A stretch of 63,846 nucleotides of DNA, the filler included, from Polymyxa betae A26-41 (Eukaryota > Protista > Endomyxa: Phytomyxea): the NCBI GenBank assembly GCA_003693705.1. It is 6 parts of 6 records of this genome, joined end to end, with 100 filler letters (N's around TTAATTAATTAA, not from the genome) between each part and the next. Parts side by side here need not be neighbours in the genome. Positions count along the whole stretch, not along the records: positions 18,565 to 44,714 come from RBZT01000483.1; positions 44,815 to 54,195 come from RBZT01000326.1; 4 more parts are not named here. One strand, 5' to 3'. Shown here piece by piece: positions 35,706 to 49,269 of the stretch. The number at the start of each line of letters is the position of its first letter. The stretch's first letter is position 1. Below the pieces are notes generated by a model, which searched no databases, had not been told where the DNA came from, and saw only the letters and a list, made by a program, of their open reading frames with translations. The translations under genes were made by a program, and so were the position numbers.

Positions 35706-38700
35706 ATGACTGCTATGAGCCCGTTCAATCTGCAATCATCATCCGTTCCTTTGCTAGATCGGCTGAAACAGCTGACCCATGATGGTCACCCAGTACCATT
35801 GGATGTATGTCGTGCTCTAGCTGCTGTTATTCCATCCAGTCAACATGACTATTTACTTTCACAGCTGTTCTCTGCTGTAACTCATTCTGCTCACAACTTT
35901 CATCATCTAAACTTATTTCTAGGACTTCGAATCGCCAGCACTCTGCATCTCATCGATGAGGATGATTTTTTCGTTTCTGGAAATGTCGCCGGAGAAGCGC
36001 TTAAATCTCTTGAGTCAGTTCCTGGATTCAAATCTGCTCCAGTTTCTGACATTAGAAACGACAAGCGACGTCATGAGTGATGTCGTCTCACTTTACAGTC
36101 TCACTGTACGATTACACCCCTCTCTGTTCCCTATCTACAGTCGTTTCTGTTACGCCCAACTATCGGGCCCCAACCCCACATCTGCCATTCGTTTGGTCAT
36201 TGACCTCTCTCATCATTGTGATAATGAAGAGTTCATCGAGGCAGTCTTCGTCTTGGGTCTGGATAGGGTTCTGGCCGACCCCGACCAGATCGAATTCGCC
36301 CGGTTGCTGCTGCCTGGGCTGTGTCCTGTGGCGAATCCACGCCCCAAGCTGTTGAAGATCCTGCATCAGCGATTGCTGGAAATTTTGTCTGGCTTGATCG
36401 CCGACCCGACGTCTGTGCTTCGACTACTGGTTCGATTCTTAGCCCCCATTAGCAAGTCGCTTGGTTCCAGTGATGCCGAAACCTGGAGGCTTGTCGTTGA
36501 GAAATTTTGTCTGAATTGCCTGTGTTTACCGGGCGCAGTCCATAGAAAGGCGTGTTTATTCCTTTTGGAGACATCAATGCCGGAATCGTGGAGTGATTAT
36601 GCTCGATGCTGGGAGGTACTGGAATCCCAATCGGTTGTGGAGTTTACTCGAGCTTGGACGGCAGTTGACATCCTTCTGTCCAAATCCTCTAATTGGCCTT
36701 GGGTCTCAGCGCTGTTCTCATACGCTCTTGCAAATGCCAGATTAAAGCCCGAAATTGTACAGTGGGTCCTAACTCAAGAGTCGCTACCGACCAAATTTGC
36801 CGCTAATTTCGCTGCCAAACTATTTATTCCTTTGGCATGTCAGCAATCCTGGATTCGTTCGATTAGAGGAAAATTGAAGGGATCAGATGGGACTGAGAAG
36901 CTGTCTCGTGATATTATTCAGTTCGTTGATCGCATATACAATGCTGAGGACTTGCAAGATCGAGGGGTGTTTCTTGAGACCCTGATAGCGTTCGCTTTTG
37001 TTAAACAAGACCTTGCCGCGTATGGAGCCTTTGTCGCCCCCTTGTTAGAATTTGTCGCCGGTCAAGATGCTGGTGAACACTTCTGGGTTGACGATGTTAT
37101 CATTCAGCGATTTCGTCGTTCTGCATCGTTAGCGTATACTCCGAGCGTCAGGATCCGAGAACAAACTGCCATGGCGGAAATCATCTGTCGATTTGGAGAC
37201 TTTCAACGAATCACGGTCAACGTTCTTGGTGCCTGGCTTGGTGTGGTTGACGCTGCCGTTGCTTCGTCATTCAAAACTGACAATCCTGACTGGATCAAGA
37301 CTAATTGCGTCCCATACTGCTTGCAGTTCCTCTCTGACCACTCGGATCCTGAATCTGACGCCACGCCATACGCTCGTGTCCTGAGCTTGCTTGATGGTAA
37401 CTGTTTTCATGGATCCTGCTGATGCCTTACTCACGCTCTATTTCTAGGAAACGGCGATGACTTCACCACCATCGTTAAAAGGTGTTTACATTGTCTATGC
37501 GATTCCTGTCGTCATCCTTATGTTGCACTAAAGCTCTGTCCTCGAAGGAGCTGTGCCTTCGTAGCATTGTTGATAATGGAGTCGTCAAAACAGACATTTC
37601 TTGTTAATGCGCTTTCTACTTTTATGGACGAACGCTCTGACGACCTGGTCGCCTCTCTGATGTCGCTACAGTTGTCGATGAAGAGCGCTGATATCATATT
37701 CCAGGTTATATATCAGGTGCCTATAATTTCAGTAGATTGACTGCTACGACAGCATTTATTTAGGCTGTTCCCATCTGATCCAATTTTGCTGGCATCTGTT
37801 CAACAATGTCGTGACTCCATCGAGATGGTTGTCAAGAACCCTTCACATTCTGCTTCCTTAGAATTGCTACATCAGTATTTTACATCGATGGAGCTGTCTC
37901 TATCTGCACTAAAATTAACACCCGATTTTGTCAGTTGGATGCTCAGCTGCCCCGAATCAACGGCAATAGCCGTAAAATGTCTTGCAAAAGCTCTTCGTCT
38001 AGGCTCCAGTTTATCAAATGTTCAATCATTGTTTGAGCTAATTTCGCATCTGGTGTCCTCGTCTTTTGATGATTCTTTATGTGACGTTTTTTGCATTATC
38101 CGTTCGTTAATGCCAATGCTGGGACTTGAACTTCAGTCGTCTTTGGTTCGAAGTGCAATTGATGCATTTTCTTCTGCCTCTCCGGCTGTTCAAGATGAGT
38201 GTGTGCACGACCTGTTTCCTGCCTTATTGCCAGAAACACTCGCTTTTTCTGTTGACTTTAACACAATGCTTTCCTGCCATTTTGCTCGCTTATTAAGTTT
38301 GCCATATCGGCATGTTTGTAAAGCCATCGATCACTTTTGTCCTGTTTGGATCAAGAACAACTCCATTGCCAGGTTTTATTTTGTTCATATTGGGTCGCTG
38401 TCCATCTTGCAAAATACCGATGTTACATGCAATGAACGTTCTCCTCGAGTATGTTAAATAGTCCAATTCCACAGCTTAGTTTAATTTCTGCTCAGGTTTA
38501 TCACGCCCGATGCTCTATTCTAACAATGTATTCAACTTTAACAGAAAAGGGTTTTGCTGATATGCTGGTTGATTGGCACTTAAAAGAAATAAGCACCATC
38601 CAGATGAACCCTAATTCCAGGTTTCCACTTTCAATTGATGCTAAAAGAATCGTATTGCATGCTCAAGTATGTGAGCTGTTTCATATTCCGTCAAGTCAAG

Positions 38701-40176
38701 TTCAATTTATTAACTGTGCTGCAGTCTGTAGGCTTTCTCATTAAGTCTTGCTCTCCTGAATCATTATCTGGGTTCAACGCTAACATTTGGGATTTTCTGT
38801 ATCAAGGGCTGGCACCAAATGCCCGGCAAGCGTTGGAAGCTGCAATGGTTCGATTACTTGTTTCCTTTCCGAATATGCTATCGAGTGGTAAACTGTTAAA
38901 AATGTAATGGTATGTGCTTAGTCTCTTGTAAATTTAGATTGTTGTACCCGTCTGTCTTCATTTCCATTTCAACCAAAAAATCGGCCTACTGTTGAGGCCA
39001 GCGTTGTGGTTGTTATATCTGTAGCCATCCTGTTGATTCCTCGTGAAGTGTTGCAAGACTCTGCCCGTCGAACTATCGCCGATTCTTTGGCCAAACGCTG
39101 TTCCCATAATGCTGGGTAAAATCCGTTTTTCTCTTTGAGCTCTTCATGATGATGCCTTAGGTTGGTGCGAACTTGTTCACAGTATTATTTTGCAAAGCTT
39201 GTGGAACACTGGGGATCCGAGTATGCAATATCTGATTTCGCAAGTAACTTTCTAGAGTATCTAAAATCCTCCCCAGAATTTGTTGACCTTAAACGTCGTT
39301 TGGGTCCCAAATTCGACGAATTCACTCCTTTAAAATTTACGTCTTTGGAAGGTTCCGAATTTCCGATAATCACTATTGACGCTATTGCTAATGCTGTCAG
39401 TGAACTGCTTTCCGATATTAAATCTTCTGAGGATTGTCCCCAAAATAACGCCAACAGAAAGCTCACCCGCCAGTGTAGATCTATCACTTTAGATCAGGCT
39501 TTGGTCACTGTCCAAAATTCTGCTTTCAAGGATTATCAGAAAAAAATTGAGCCTCTCCAGAAGTACTATCAAGATTTCGATCTGGACAAGCAGCAACGCG
39601 ATATGGTTGAACAAAATTACAGAAGAGCGAATCGTGAGGGAACTGCTTTCCCGCTCATATTAATTGCTTCATTGGTTCACAAGCCGACAAATTTGGGTGG
39701 CTTAGCCCGCACTGCTGAGATTTTCGGCTGTCAATCGTTGGTCGTTCACGATAAGCGAATTACTGATGATCCACAATTTACGACATTGTCGGTAACTGCA
39801 CAGAACTGGCTTGATATCCAAGAATGCCCCGACGAACAATTGGAAAGTTATGTTGCCAGCCTCAAGTCACAAGGCTACACTATCGTTGGTCTAGAACAAA
39901 CCGCTCAAAGCGTTTCTTTGGAAAAAATGGAATTCCCCAAGAAATGTGCACTATTATTGGGTACTGAAAAGACGGGCATTCCACCGTCGCTGCTGGGCTC
40001 GGTTGATGTTTGTGTCGAAATACCTCAGCGCGGTATCATCCGTAGTCTCAATGTTCATGTCTCTGGAGGTATGCAATGCTTGACTATTTCTTTTCTGTAC
40101 TGAAATGTTTTTAGCGATATGTGTGTGGCAGTACGTACTGCAACAAATGGCTTTGACCACTAATTCCTCTACCTGA
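35706..40176 (+). CDS. TARBP1: tRNA (Gm18) 2'-O-methyltransferase, large eukaryotic SpoU family (TARBP1/Trm3)
   Basis: C-terminal LIASLVHKPTNLGGLARTAEIFG..GLEQT..LLLGTEKTGIP..EIPQRGIIRSLNVHVSG after a long helical N-terminal region; multi-exon. Confidence 0.88.
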
Positions 40177-40214
40177 TGTTGATTATAAACGTATTTATTC
40201 TCTCTATTACCTGC

Positions 40215-42296
40215 TTATTGAACTTGAATAACTTTCATCGTGTGCGCAGAACCTAAACAGACATTGTTTGAACGATGAGGCTGGAAATGAATGCTACCAT
40301 GTACCTTGAATTCCCTGAGTTCCGCTTACAACAACAACCCAATCTTTTTTGGAAACCCATTTTTGCTCGACAGCATGACTTACAGCATCGGTAATTAGGT
40401 CTTCATCTGACTTACCCGCTGGCGCTAATAAAGGCCAGACAGCACACGACACCATAAGTTGCCGGTAAACAGAACTACAACAGTCAGTGAGCAACGTCAT
40501 GAAGCCAATGCCTCGGCAATTCAAACAAGCATACGGATTGGTGGTTACAGTTACAACGGGAACAGAAGGTCGGTACTTAGCAACGTAGCGTGCAGAAGCT
40601 CCACTCTCCGTTAAAACAACAATCATGGCGGCGTCCAAGTTATTATCAACTTTGACAGCAGACGAGGCAACTGCCTCTGCGCGTGAAAGAGGCTTCTTTG
40701 ACAGCAGCAAAATATTTTCAAATAGAGCTGCGTGGTCAATGGCACGTTCTGCAGCAACGCAAATCTTCGCCATTGTAGTGACAGCTTCAACAGGAAAAGC
40801 ACCTGCAACTGCGGTTAATCACTCGTACCAAACTGGGAGCATCTGATCCACCTTTTGCCGTTTCACCAGAAAGCATAACGCAATCCGAGCCATCAAAAAC
40901 AGCATTGGCAACATCAGTCGCTTCAGCACGAGTCGGGCGCGGATTCACAATCATTGATTCAAGCATCTAGAAGGCAGACAACAAATTCAGTAAACTTCGT
41001 TGTTTTTGAGTTCTCAGCCGTTGTGAACCTGAGTCGCTGTCACCACAGGTTTCCCGACAACATTGCATTCACGAATCATTCGCTTTTGCGACATGCAAAC
41101 CTGCCCATTGGTAAGAAACAGGTTGACCCAAGACGATATCAGCCACCTTCTGGATAGGGATCTCCACACCCATATCACCACGAGCAACCTTTCACAAATT
41201 ACAATAAAATACGTCCATCCCAAATCCAGTATTACCATAATTCCATCCGATCGCGCTAAAATCTCTTCAAAGTTGTCCAAGCCTTGTTCAGATTCGATTT
41301 TGGAAATGATTTTAATATGAGCACCCTTTGGCCCTAAAACTTCGTTCATATCATCGACTCCCTGTCCTGTAATCGTATCAGATAAAACTTTCCGAAGGAA
41401 CTCAACTCAGCCCATACCTGAACGAGCGAACGAAGCAGCAATTAGGTCTACTCCTTGCTCAACACCGAATTTAAGGTCGCTAACGTCTTTATCGGACATA
41501 GCTGGTAGATCAACATGGGTTCCTGGAAGATTGCATCCTGTGCCAGATTAATTGGTTATATTGCAATATGAAGCGAATTCAATACCCTTGTTTTCGCCCA
41601 TCTCCGCTGTGTTTTGGGCGATGGTTTTCACAATATCGTCGCAAATGTCAACCACTTTCAAATTTATCAGACCATCGGCTATACGAATAATCGAACCAAC
41701 TCTGACCACCTATAAATATTTAATTTCGAGTTGGAACGGGGAAATGAATACCACCGTAGGCAAGTTCAAATAGTCACATCCGATCATCTTGTTATCCCCT
41801 TCGTAATCGGTATTCGAGGTACATTTAATTGCCAATTCTTGACCTTCCTGGATCATGAAGGGCTTGTGATCTTTCAGCTTCAAAGTTCGAATTTCCGGGC
41901 CTTTGGTATCCAGCATAATAGCGACAGGAATTCCGGTCGCAGCTGAAGCCGCACGAACATTTTTGATCGTTGTAGCATGGTAATCGTGGCTCCCATGGGA
42001 GAAATTCATTCTTGCAACGTTCATACCAGCCTTCAACTAAACAGTAAATTAACATTTCAAGTTTTCGTGGTACTACGGCCCAAATTTACCAATTTGATAA
42101 GCATATCTACAGATTGGCAAGAAGGTCCAATCGTGCAAATAATCTTAGTCTTTCGTGAGCCCAGAGGACCATTGCTTCGCTTTTTGGGCAGCTGGCCCCG
42201 CAGGAATTTCGACATGCCATCGTATGACGATACCTTTCTGAGTACCGTCGTCGACGGAGTCATCGGCAGTGCTGTAATCGGCGTCGTCATCGTCAT
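40215..42296 (-). CDS. PYK: Pyruvate kinase
   Basis: [68 protein letters not shown]; many introns. Confidence 0.97.
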
Positions 42297-43144
42297 TTAA
42301 GTGATAGGGATGATCAAGTAGACAACACAAATGCCAGAATGTCCAGTCGGGATGTTTTGAGACACGAAATATCTCCTAAGGAGAGGTTGCGCCGCTTAAC
42401 TCATTGACAGGCCCGGCCTCCTCCACATGCCAACAGTTATGTCCTTGTCTGTGCCAGCGGCCATGATCCAGAATGATGTGGTGTTGTTGAGAGACATCGA
42501 CCAGACATTCCGCCTGAGTGCCTTGCTGGTAATGTTGATAGCCCAGATCTATCTAGCTGGAAGCTCAATGCAAGGAGTTAGCTGACCCGATTGTAGTCGG
42601 ATATATATGTGACTCTCTGGCTTCAGCTGTATGCTCTGGCTTCGTCTCGCAACCGAGATCGCCAACGCTTTCGCCGGCGTCGCTTGATATTGATGCGAAT
42701 TCGAATGCTTATCAGGCAAAGAAGCTATCTAACCACCGAAGCTCTGATTATTTTTCCCGACTGCTCATGGAATGTCATGTACGAAAGTCGAATTGAAGGC
42801 GCGTTATCAACACGGTTTCTTTGGACCCTTCCACCTTTGACCATCTACTCGAAAATTTTGAACCGTATTACATAGTTAATTAACAATATTGATTTTGCTG
42901 TCAGCTTCTTGCGCTGGCCAGTCCGTTGGAAAGTGTCGGTTGTATTCTGAGGCGACGACCTCCCACCATGGTAGGTTGCCAGTGATTATAACTCCCGTTG
43001 TTAACCGTTTTCGGAACGGTTGGCAACGTTTTTGTTCACGGCCCGTTTGTACAGGTTGCTCAACGGCTGGACGATCGGGTAACCACGGGTGTCCCACCAG
43101 TTGGCAACAGTAAGCGTAGCTGCGTTTTATTCAGACATTACCGA

Positions 43145-43528
43145 TTATGATATAGCGGATTCCATTGCCACGGTGGCCTCATTGTGGAGCATAGATCGCG
43201 TGCGGCGAGCACAATACCAATCAAATGCCCAAAATATAGTGCTGTATACTTGCGATAGGCATTGTTGATCGAACTCCGCGATATGGATAACAATGTTCAG
43301 AGCTGCACATGTTAGGAGAGCAGCACAGACAAAAACAGGGAACTTGACGGCAATGCCAATCTTGGATGTCGATTGGCGGATCAGGATGAAATTGACGATG
43401 CTGCAGACGAGAAATAAGGCATCACTCACTTGTTCGAGGAAAAAGAATCGACGAGTGATTAAGGGCAACTCAGACGACTTGGCTTCTTTGGCGAACGATT
43501 CCTCTGTTCGCAAACTATTTCTGATCAT
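43145..43528 (-). CDS. Hypothetical membrane protein, first exon(s)
   Basis: Two hydrophobic segments; downstream exon structure unresolved. Confidence 0.35.
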   Translation of the reverse strand: MIRNSLRTEESFAKEAKSSELPLITRRFFFLEQVSDALFLVCSIVNFILIRQSTSKIGIAVKFPVFVCAALLTCAALNIVIHIAEFDQQCLSQVYSTIFWAFDWYCARRTRSMLHNEATVAMESAIS

Positions 43529-44714
43529 GCATGTGAAAAAAAAACAGACCCAAGAACATTAAGATCACTGATACAATCTTTAATGTTCTCAAGCAGGCCT
43601 TCCCGTCTTGGAATAGCAAGCGGTCGATATCATTGACCCGCATTAGTTTCATCCTCGAATGCGACGCTTGAAAAAAGTCGAATTGTGAGAATGCAGACTA
43701 TAGACTCTATTAGACCCGGGTCTGTGAGACGCTGCGTTCATGTCGCCAAACCTCGCCCGCATTCCGGGACCGAAATGCCATTCTCTACCCACTACACGGT
43801 GAGTTGTTTTTCCAGTTTTATTGTCATTTCCAATGCTGTTTTGCTGTGCACTCTACTGCTGCAATTGAATGAAGCTATACAAAAACTGGGGCTGATTCGC
43901 GCTCCTTATCATTTTGATTAAAGAACATGGCAAGACTTTAACAGCGTCTGCAAGAGATGTTTTTGCCGAAACCACTGCGATTGACCGTTCGGACCATTTG
44001 AAAGAAGTGCAAGAGCTGGAGTTGGGGAAGCGAAAGTACGACATTCTGTATGTGCCGCGAACGCAAATGGACCAAGTGCCGAGGCAACTGACATTCCTGA
44101 AATATTGTTGTATCAAACACAAGGAATCAACTTAAAGTGACATGATTTTTTGGTGAAAAGTTTCGCTTTTTATTCGATTTTCGATACTTTTTTTCTAATT
44201 TTTCATAAATGCGGATCTGAAATCGCCAATGGCTTTTGTTTTTCTTCGCAGCATATGTATTTTAATTGACGAGATGTCTAATGCTTACCTTCTTTGTCTC
44301 TGAGATAATATGCGTCCGTATAGCGATAACATTTTCTGGCAAAACGCCTGATTTGAGAGATCTCGACACTTTTCAAAGCCACTGGATCGTCTTGAAGGTC
44401 CTCAAACAGTAAGTGCAATTTCGATGCGTGTACGGCTTACAGGCAACCCAGAATATCTCAATACAAGTTGAATTCGCAATCAAAATTCAGATTGGCCATT
44501 TGTGGGAGCAGGGCTGCGCCAGGAAAGTGCACAATTGCCTCAAAAAGTGCGTCAGTGGGACAGATCAGAGTGCGTAGGCCAACTTGGGCTTCATCCCAAC
44601 GTACAGTATCTCCATACAACTTCCAACGGTATTGCAGCCTTCAGGTTTTATTTTTCGATCTGTTTTTCTGTAATTCTCTTCAGACTTTAATTGCCCACTG
44701 CGTCATATCTCGGA

Positions 44715-44814
44715 NNNNNNNNNNNNNNNNNNNNNNNNNNNNNNNNNNNNNNNNNNNNTTAATTAATTAANNNNNNNNNNNNNNNNNNNNNNNNNNNNNN
44801 NNNNNNNNNNNNNN
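44715..44814. other. Artificial contig linker
   Basis: N44-TTAATTAATTAA-N44. Confidence 0.98.
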
Positions 44815-47800
44815 ATTAAACTGAAGAGAGAGTGTTGGCATGCTCGCCCGGCTTGTTTGAGTCCGTAGAGGGCTTTGTTGAGTAGACACACCTTGTTCTC
44901 GCTCCCCTGCTCAACAAATCCTTCTGGCTGTTGAAGATATATCGGTGTAAGAAGTGGCGCGTTCAGGTAAGCTGCTGTGAAGTCTCGTTGGTAAATTTTC
45001 CATTGCTGACTAACTGCAATACAGATTAGCAAACGTAAAGATGCTTGTGCGAGTACTGATGAATATGTTTCGTGGTAGTCGATGCCGTACAACTGGGAGT
45101 ATCTTTCGCCACGAATCTGGCTTTGTAGATTTCGTTGCCTTCGACATTCAGTTTCTTCGTGAAGATCCAGCGTCCTTTGATCGGTTTGGCGTTCTTCGGT
45201 AAGTTAACCAGTGTCCACGTTTGATTTTCTTTGTGAGCTTCTATTTCTTTGAGAGCTGCTTCTTTCCAGTTTTCTCGTTCATCTGTTTGTAGTGCTTCTT
45301 GATATGCTCTCGGAAACTTCGATTTTGTTTGCTGCATGTTCATTTCAAATACCTGTTCGTCGATCGTTTCAAGAGGATCGTCATTTCGTTGATCACAGGT
45401 TTCTGTAGTTTCTCGCCTGATTGTTGATTCGTCAAACGTTTTATCGCGTCGTATTATGATTCTCTTGTCATTTTCACGTTCAAGCACGTATCCTTTCTGG
45501 TATTGCGGGTATCCGAGAAATGTGCAGCGTGTCGACGTCGGTTCGATGGATGTTCTCTGCGATTGGTCAATGTGTGCGTATGCAATGCATCCGAATGGTC
45601 GCATGTGTCCAACTTCAGGTTGTCGTTGCATCCAAATTTCATAGGGGGGTTTCCAGTTGATGCTTCGCGTTGGTAACCGGTTTAAGGTATATACAGTGTA
45701 TCGTACTGCGAATGGCCAATAATCGTATGACAGGTTCGATTCGATGAGGATACATCGGGCCATAGACATGATCGTCTGGTTCCGGCGCTCTGCTAGTCCG
45801 TTCTGTTGCGGGCTGTACGGCACGGTTCGCAAATGTTTGATGTTCTTCTGTAAAAGGTACATACTCATTTCCCTATTCACAAATTCAGCACCATTATCCG
45901 TTAAAAATGTCACCATTCGTAGGTTTGTGTCGGATTGTGCGTCTGTGATGAATCGTTTTGTTGCATCGAGAACTTCTTCTGCCGTTTTGTGCTTCAAGAA
46001 TGTGATCCAACACCATCCAGAGTAAAGGCAGTTAAATGTGATATAGTAGCGGTATCCTTCTTTGCTAGGCACTAAGATTGGCCCTTTCAGGTCTGAAGAT
46101 ACGATTTCGAAGATTCTGGTCGGTTTCGTTTGCCGCTCCTTCGGGAATGGTTGACGCCGTTGCTTGCCTAGTGCGCAGATGTCGCAAACGTACGGCGAAT
46201 CGTCCTCAATCTGGATTCCGATTGTTGATGCCGGTGTATGTTTCAGTCGCTCTGCTGAGGCATGTCCAAAGCGTTTGTGTGCTTGCAGTAGGCTGATGTT
46301 CATGTTTGTTTCAGGTTCGGGATTTCCGGTAATGTAAAACAAGCCGTGTCGCTCCGTTGCCGTGATGATCACGCTCCCGTTTCTGTCCTGTATAGTTAGC
46401 TGGTCGTCGATAACGATGGTTAGTCCCATCTCAGTGAAAGACTTCGTCGCCAGTAATGTTTTGGTGATTCCAGGCACATAAAGTACGTTCCTAATAACAA
46501 CGGGAATGTTCGCATTAATTTTCACTTTACCTGATCCGTATGCGGGCGATCTTTCGCCGTTGCTGCTGATAACTGCAGTCGGAGTGGAGAATTCTCGGTA
46601 ATCGTACTGAATATTCATATCGTTCGTCATGCTGACGTTTGCGCCGCTGTCGATTAGGTACTCGTAGTCGCGATCTTGACACGCCGAAGTTGTATGAAAC
46701 CCGGTGAAATCGTCGGAGTCCACTCGTCTTGATGGTGCGGTCGTTGTGTTTGTTTCTGCCTTGTTGTTCTCCTTTTTCTTCTCTTTCTTGAGTTCAGGAT
46801 GTAAAATCCAGCATGTTTCATTGGTGTGCCCGTTTTTCTTACACTTGTCGCATTTACGTTTCTTGTAACGTTTCAGCTGTGTGTTCAAAGACTTGATTTC
46901 CGTATTCAGAGTCTTAATGTCCACCTCAGGTGTCTTTTTGTTCGCATCATCTTCGCGCTCCGCAGACAACAGTATGTTCGTCAGTGTTGGTATTGTAGCC
47001 ACTTGAGATGCGCGTGCTGCTGCTTTGATTTGCGCGAACGTATCAGGAAGTCCATCTAGAGCCTTGGCGCATAATGCAAGCTCTGTAATATCGATGTTGT
47101 ACACCCGGAGATCATGATACATTTCCACCAGCTTGTCAAGATACGCCTTCATCGACTGTGGTGATTTCTTTTGAAAGTGTATGAACTGGATGAAAAGGTT
47201 TGCAGCCTTAGATTCCGCAGTTTGTTCGTAAATCTCGCTGAGTTTTGACCAGATCTCACAGGTCGTTGAACATGTTGAAACTTGCTTGTATTGCGCCTGG
47301 GTAGTCGCATATGTATTTGCGCTGCGGCCAACTTGTCGTTACGAATTTCCCAAGCATTTTCTCGAATCGGTGGATGTTCGAGGTTTGACTCCAGGCCCAT
47401 TATTGTGAACTGTGTTTCTAACTTTCGTTTGAACACGTCCCAATTCTTGCCGTTGAATTCCGGGATCAATTTCAGGCCGGAGTTGTATCTTGAAAGGTCG
47501 ACTTTTTGTTCAAGCCAATGTGGAGATCGGCGTTGGTTTACGTTTCGGCTTAAAGTCCGGCTTACGTTCCTGCTCGCTCTCCGGTTGCTCGGAAGCTCGG
47601 CTTGCATGTCTTCCTGTCTTGCTCCTTGACGCGTAGCTACAGTCATGTTGATGCACGAGAGCGCTGGGACTCTTAATCTGTTAGGCGGCGTAGATTCTAA
47701 AGAGAAAAGAGATAGATGTGAGAGTATTGATATCACTAAAGAATTGTATTATTTGTAAAGTATCAGATCGTAGAGAGCTGATGGAGGATTCACTCATCTT

Positions 47801-47874
47801 GGATGAGAATCTTGTTGACGTCACTTCCGCCGGAAGCAGGGCACACTAGCGTGACCAGGCTGTTCTGGCTAACA
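44815..47874 (-). mobile_element. Ty1/Copia LTR retrotransposon (5' LTR 47679-47874, PBS, gag-PR-IN-RT), truncated by the contig end
   Basis: LTR TGTTAG..CTAACA (196 bp); gag ATG at 47646; zinc knuckle CDKCKKNGHTNETC; protease YLIDSGA; integrase SSDLKGP..TDNGAEF..QNGLAER; RT KALYGLKQAGR; 1-bp frameshifts near 47302 and 45103. Confidence 0.95.
47658..47678 (-). promoter_or_regulatory. Primer-binding site complementary to the 5' half of tRNA-Lys(CTT)
   Basis: Plus strand AGAGCG-C-TGGGACTCTTAATC directly abutting the LTR. Confidence 0.75.
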
Positions 47875-48308
47875 TTACATACCCAGTTGAATCAACTAAT
47901 AAATCAGCATCATTACCATCGCCATCCCATCATCGTCTCTCATTATTATAATGACAAGAGATAGATCATCAGTTAATCATAACGCAGCAAGGGTTTTCAG
48001 TTAAAACCATTACGAATCAAATTATGCATTATATAAGGATTATTACAAAGAAGAAAACCCCCAAGATGAGACGAATGGCAATTAGGTTTAATTCAACACA
48101 AGGTGCCGTACCAAAGTATAGAGCAGCTATGACAGAAAATGCAAATATTCCATAGCAATGGAGCTACCGTAGTGAGTCATTACCTGCGAGGAAAAGTATA
48201 TACAGGCAAACGTCCTGAGCAGAAATATCATGAAGCCGCTAGGTAATTATTCTCTTTTAAATATCTAGCTAGATACAATTAAGTCTGTATTCAATTAAGT
48301 AGCATCCA

Positions 48309-49175
48309 TTAGGGAAGGCCGCATAGCATATTTTCCACCTTCTTTCTCTGGATATCGATCGAGTCACCATGGACGATCCCAGCGGTTGAATGGCACCAAC
48401 GGCAGAGATAGCCGAGTTCGGCCTGGGTTGGAGAACGAGTGGTGGATGGGAATAAATGTGCAATAACCGCCGACGGTAGCGTTCCGACAGCTACAGGAGC
48501 AGCTCGAAATACAGCTGCTATCGGCCCAGGAACAATCCTGGGCATCATGGCCGGAATAGGAGGCGCTGCCATAAAGCCGGCATTAACCTTGAAAGGCATT
48601 ATTATCGGCTGTGCTGTCGTCATCGTGAATGAGAGCTTGTTCGATCGATACACGCCGATGTTATCGATTTGAGCTCTCATTGCGCGCAGTTCTTCACGAA
48701 TAGGAGCTATCGCCGGTGCCCACCTGTGGAGTACTGCTTAAGTAGGCCCTGGACTAGCAGCTGTGGAGCTGTTATTGTACCTTTTGGTCAGTTAGTTGCT
48801 GTGAAGTCCAGGCGCAGTTTCTACAGACCACCATGGGGGCGCCACTGCAGGGCCTCCTGCCTGGGCAACTGCCTGCGCCACTCGGATCTCCGCGTCGCCG
48901 ATTTCAGCATCGGTTATCAAGCCACCCACTTCGACGTCAAGTTGAAGAATACTGCGTCGTCGCTTGGATTCACGACCAACGTCAACGGCTGTGACAGCAC
49001 CGGCTGCGATGGCTGACGACGTTATCGGGAGCTGGTTAGCACGAGCATCAGCAAACGGAGGAGAGGGTGGTAAGCCAGCCATCCTGTGCCAATCGGTAAA
49101 CACGAGATGTCTCAGATGACCCCATCGATTTCGCATCTTATCGGCGCCGAGCTGCGCCATAAATTTTGCCCTCAT
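48309..49175 (-). pseudogene. Ala/Pro-rich hypothetical gene (Mug135-like?), interrupted by stops
   Basis: AVAPPWW..APAIAPIREELRAMRAQIDN..AELGYLCRW..GIVHGDSIDIQRKKV in two same-strand ORFs. Confidence 0.3.
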
Positions 49176-49269
49176 TGCCCGAGGTTTTGTTTTTCCCCAT
49201 ATGTCCGAAATGACATTAAAGACTACGCGTTCCTCAACCGAAAAACAATTAGCTCAAATCTTGGTTGAA

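Noticed and set aside
22250-42330. Many short antisense or alternate-frame ORFs in the supplied track
   Set aside because: Shadows of the real spliced genes, often called from non-ATG starts that do not apply to a eukaryote.
43771-44714. Possible spliced gene at the contig end
   Set aside because: Exon-like pieces could not be joined into a supported product.
47149-47310. Programmed frameshift in the Copia gag
   Set aside because: The shift lies mid-gag, with no slippery site recognised, and a second 1-bp loss occurs in RT (~45103). Mutation or assembly error is more likely.
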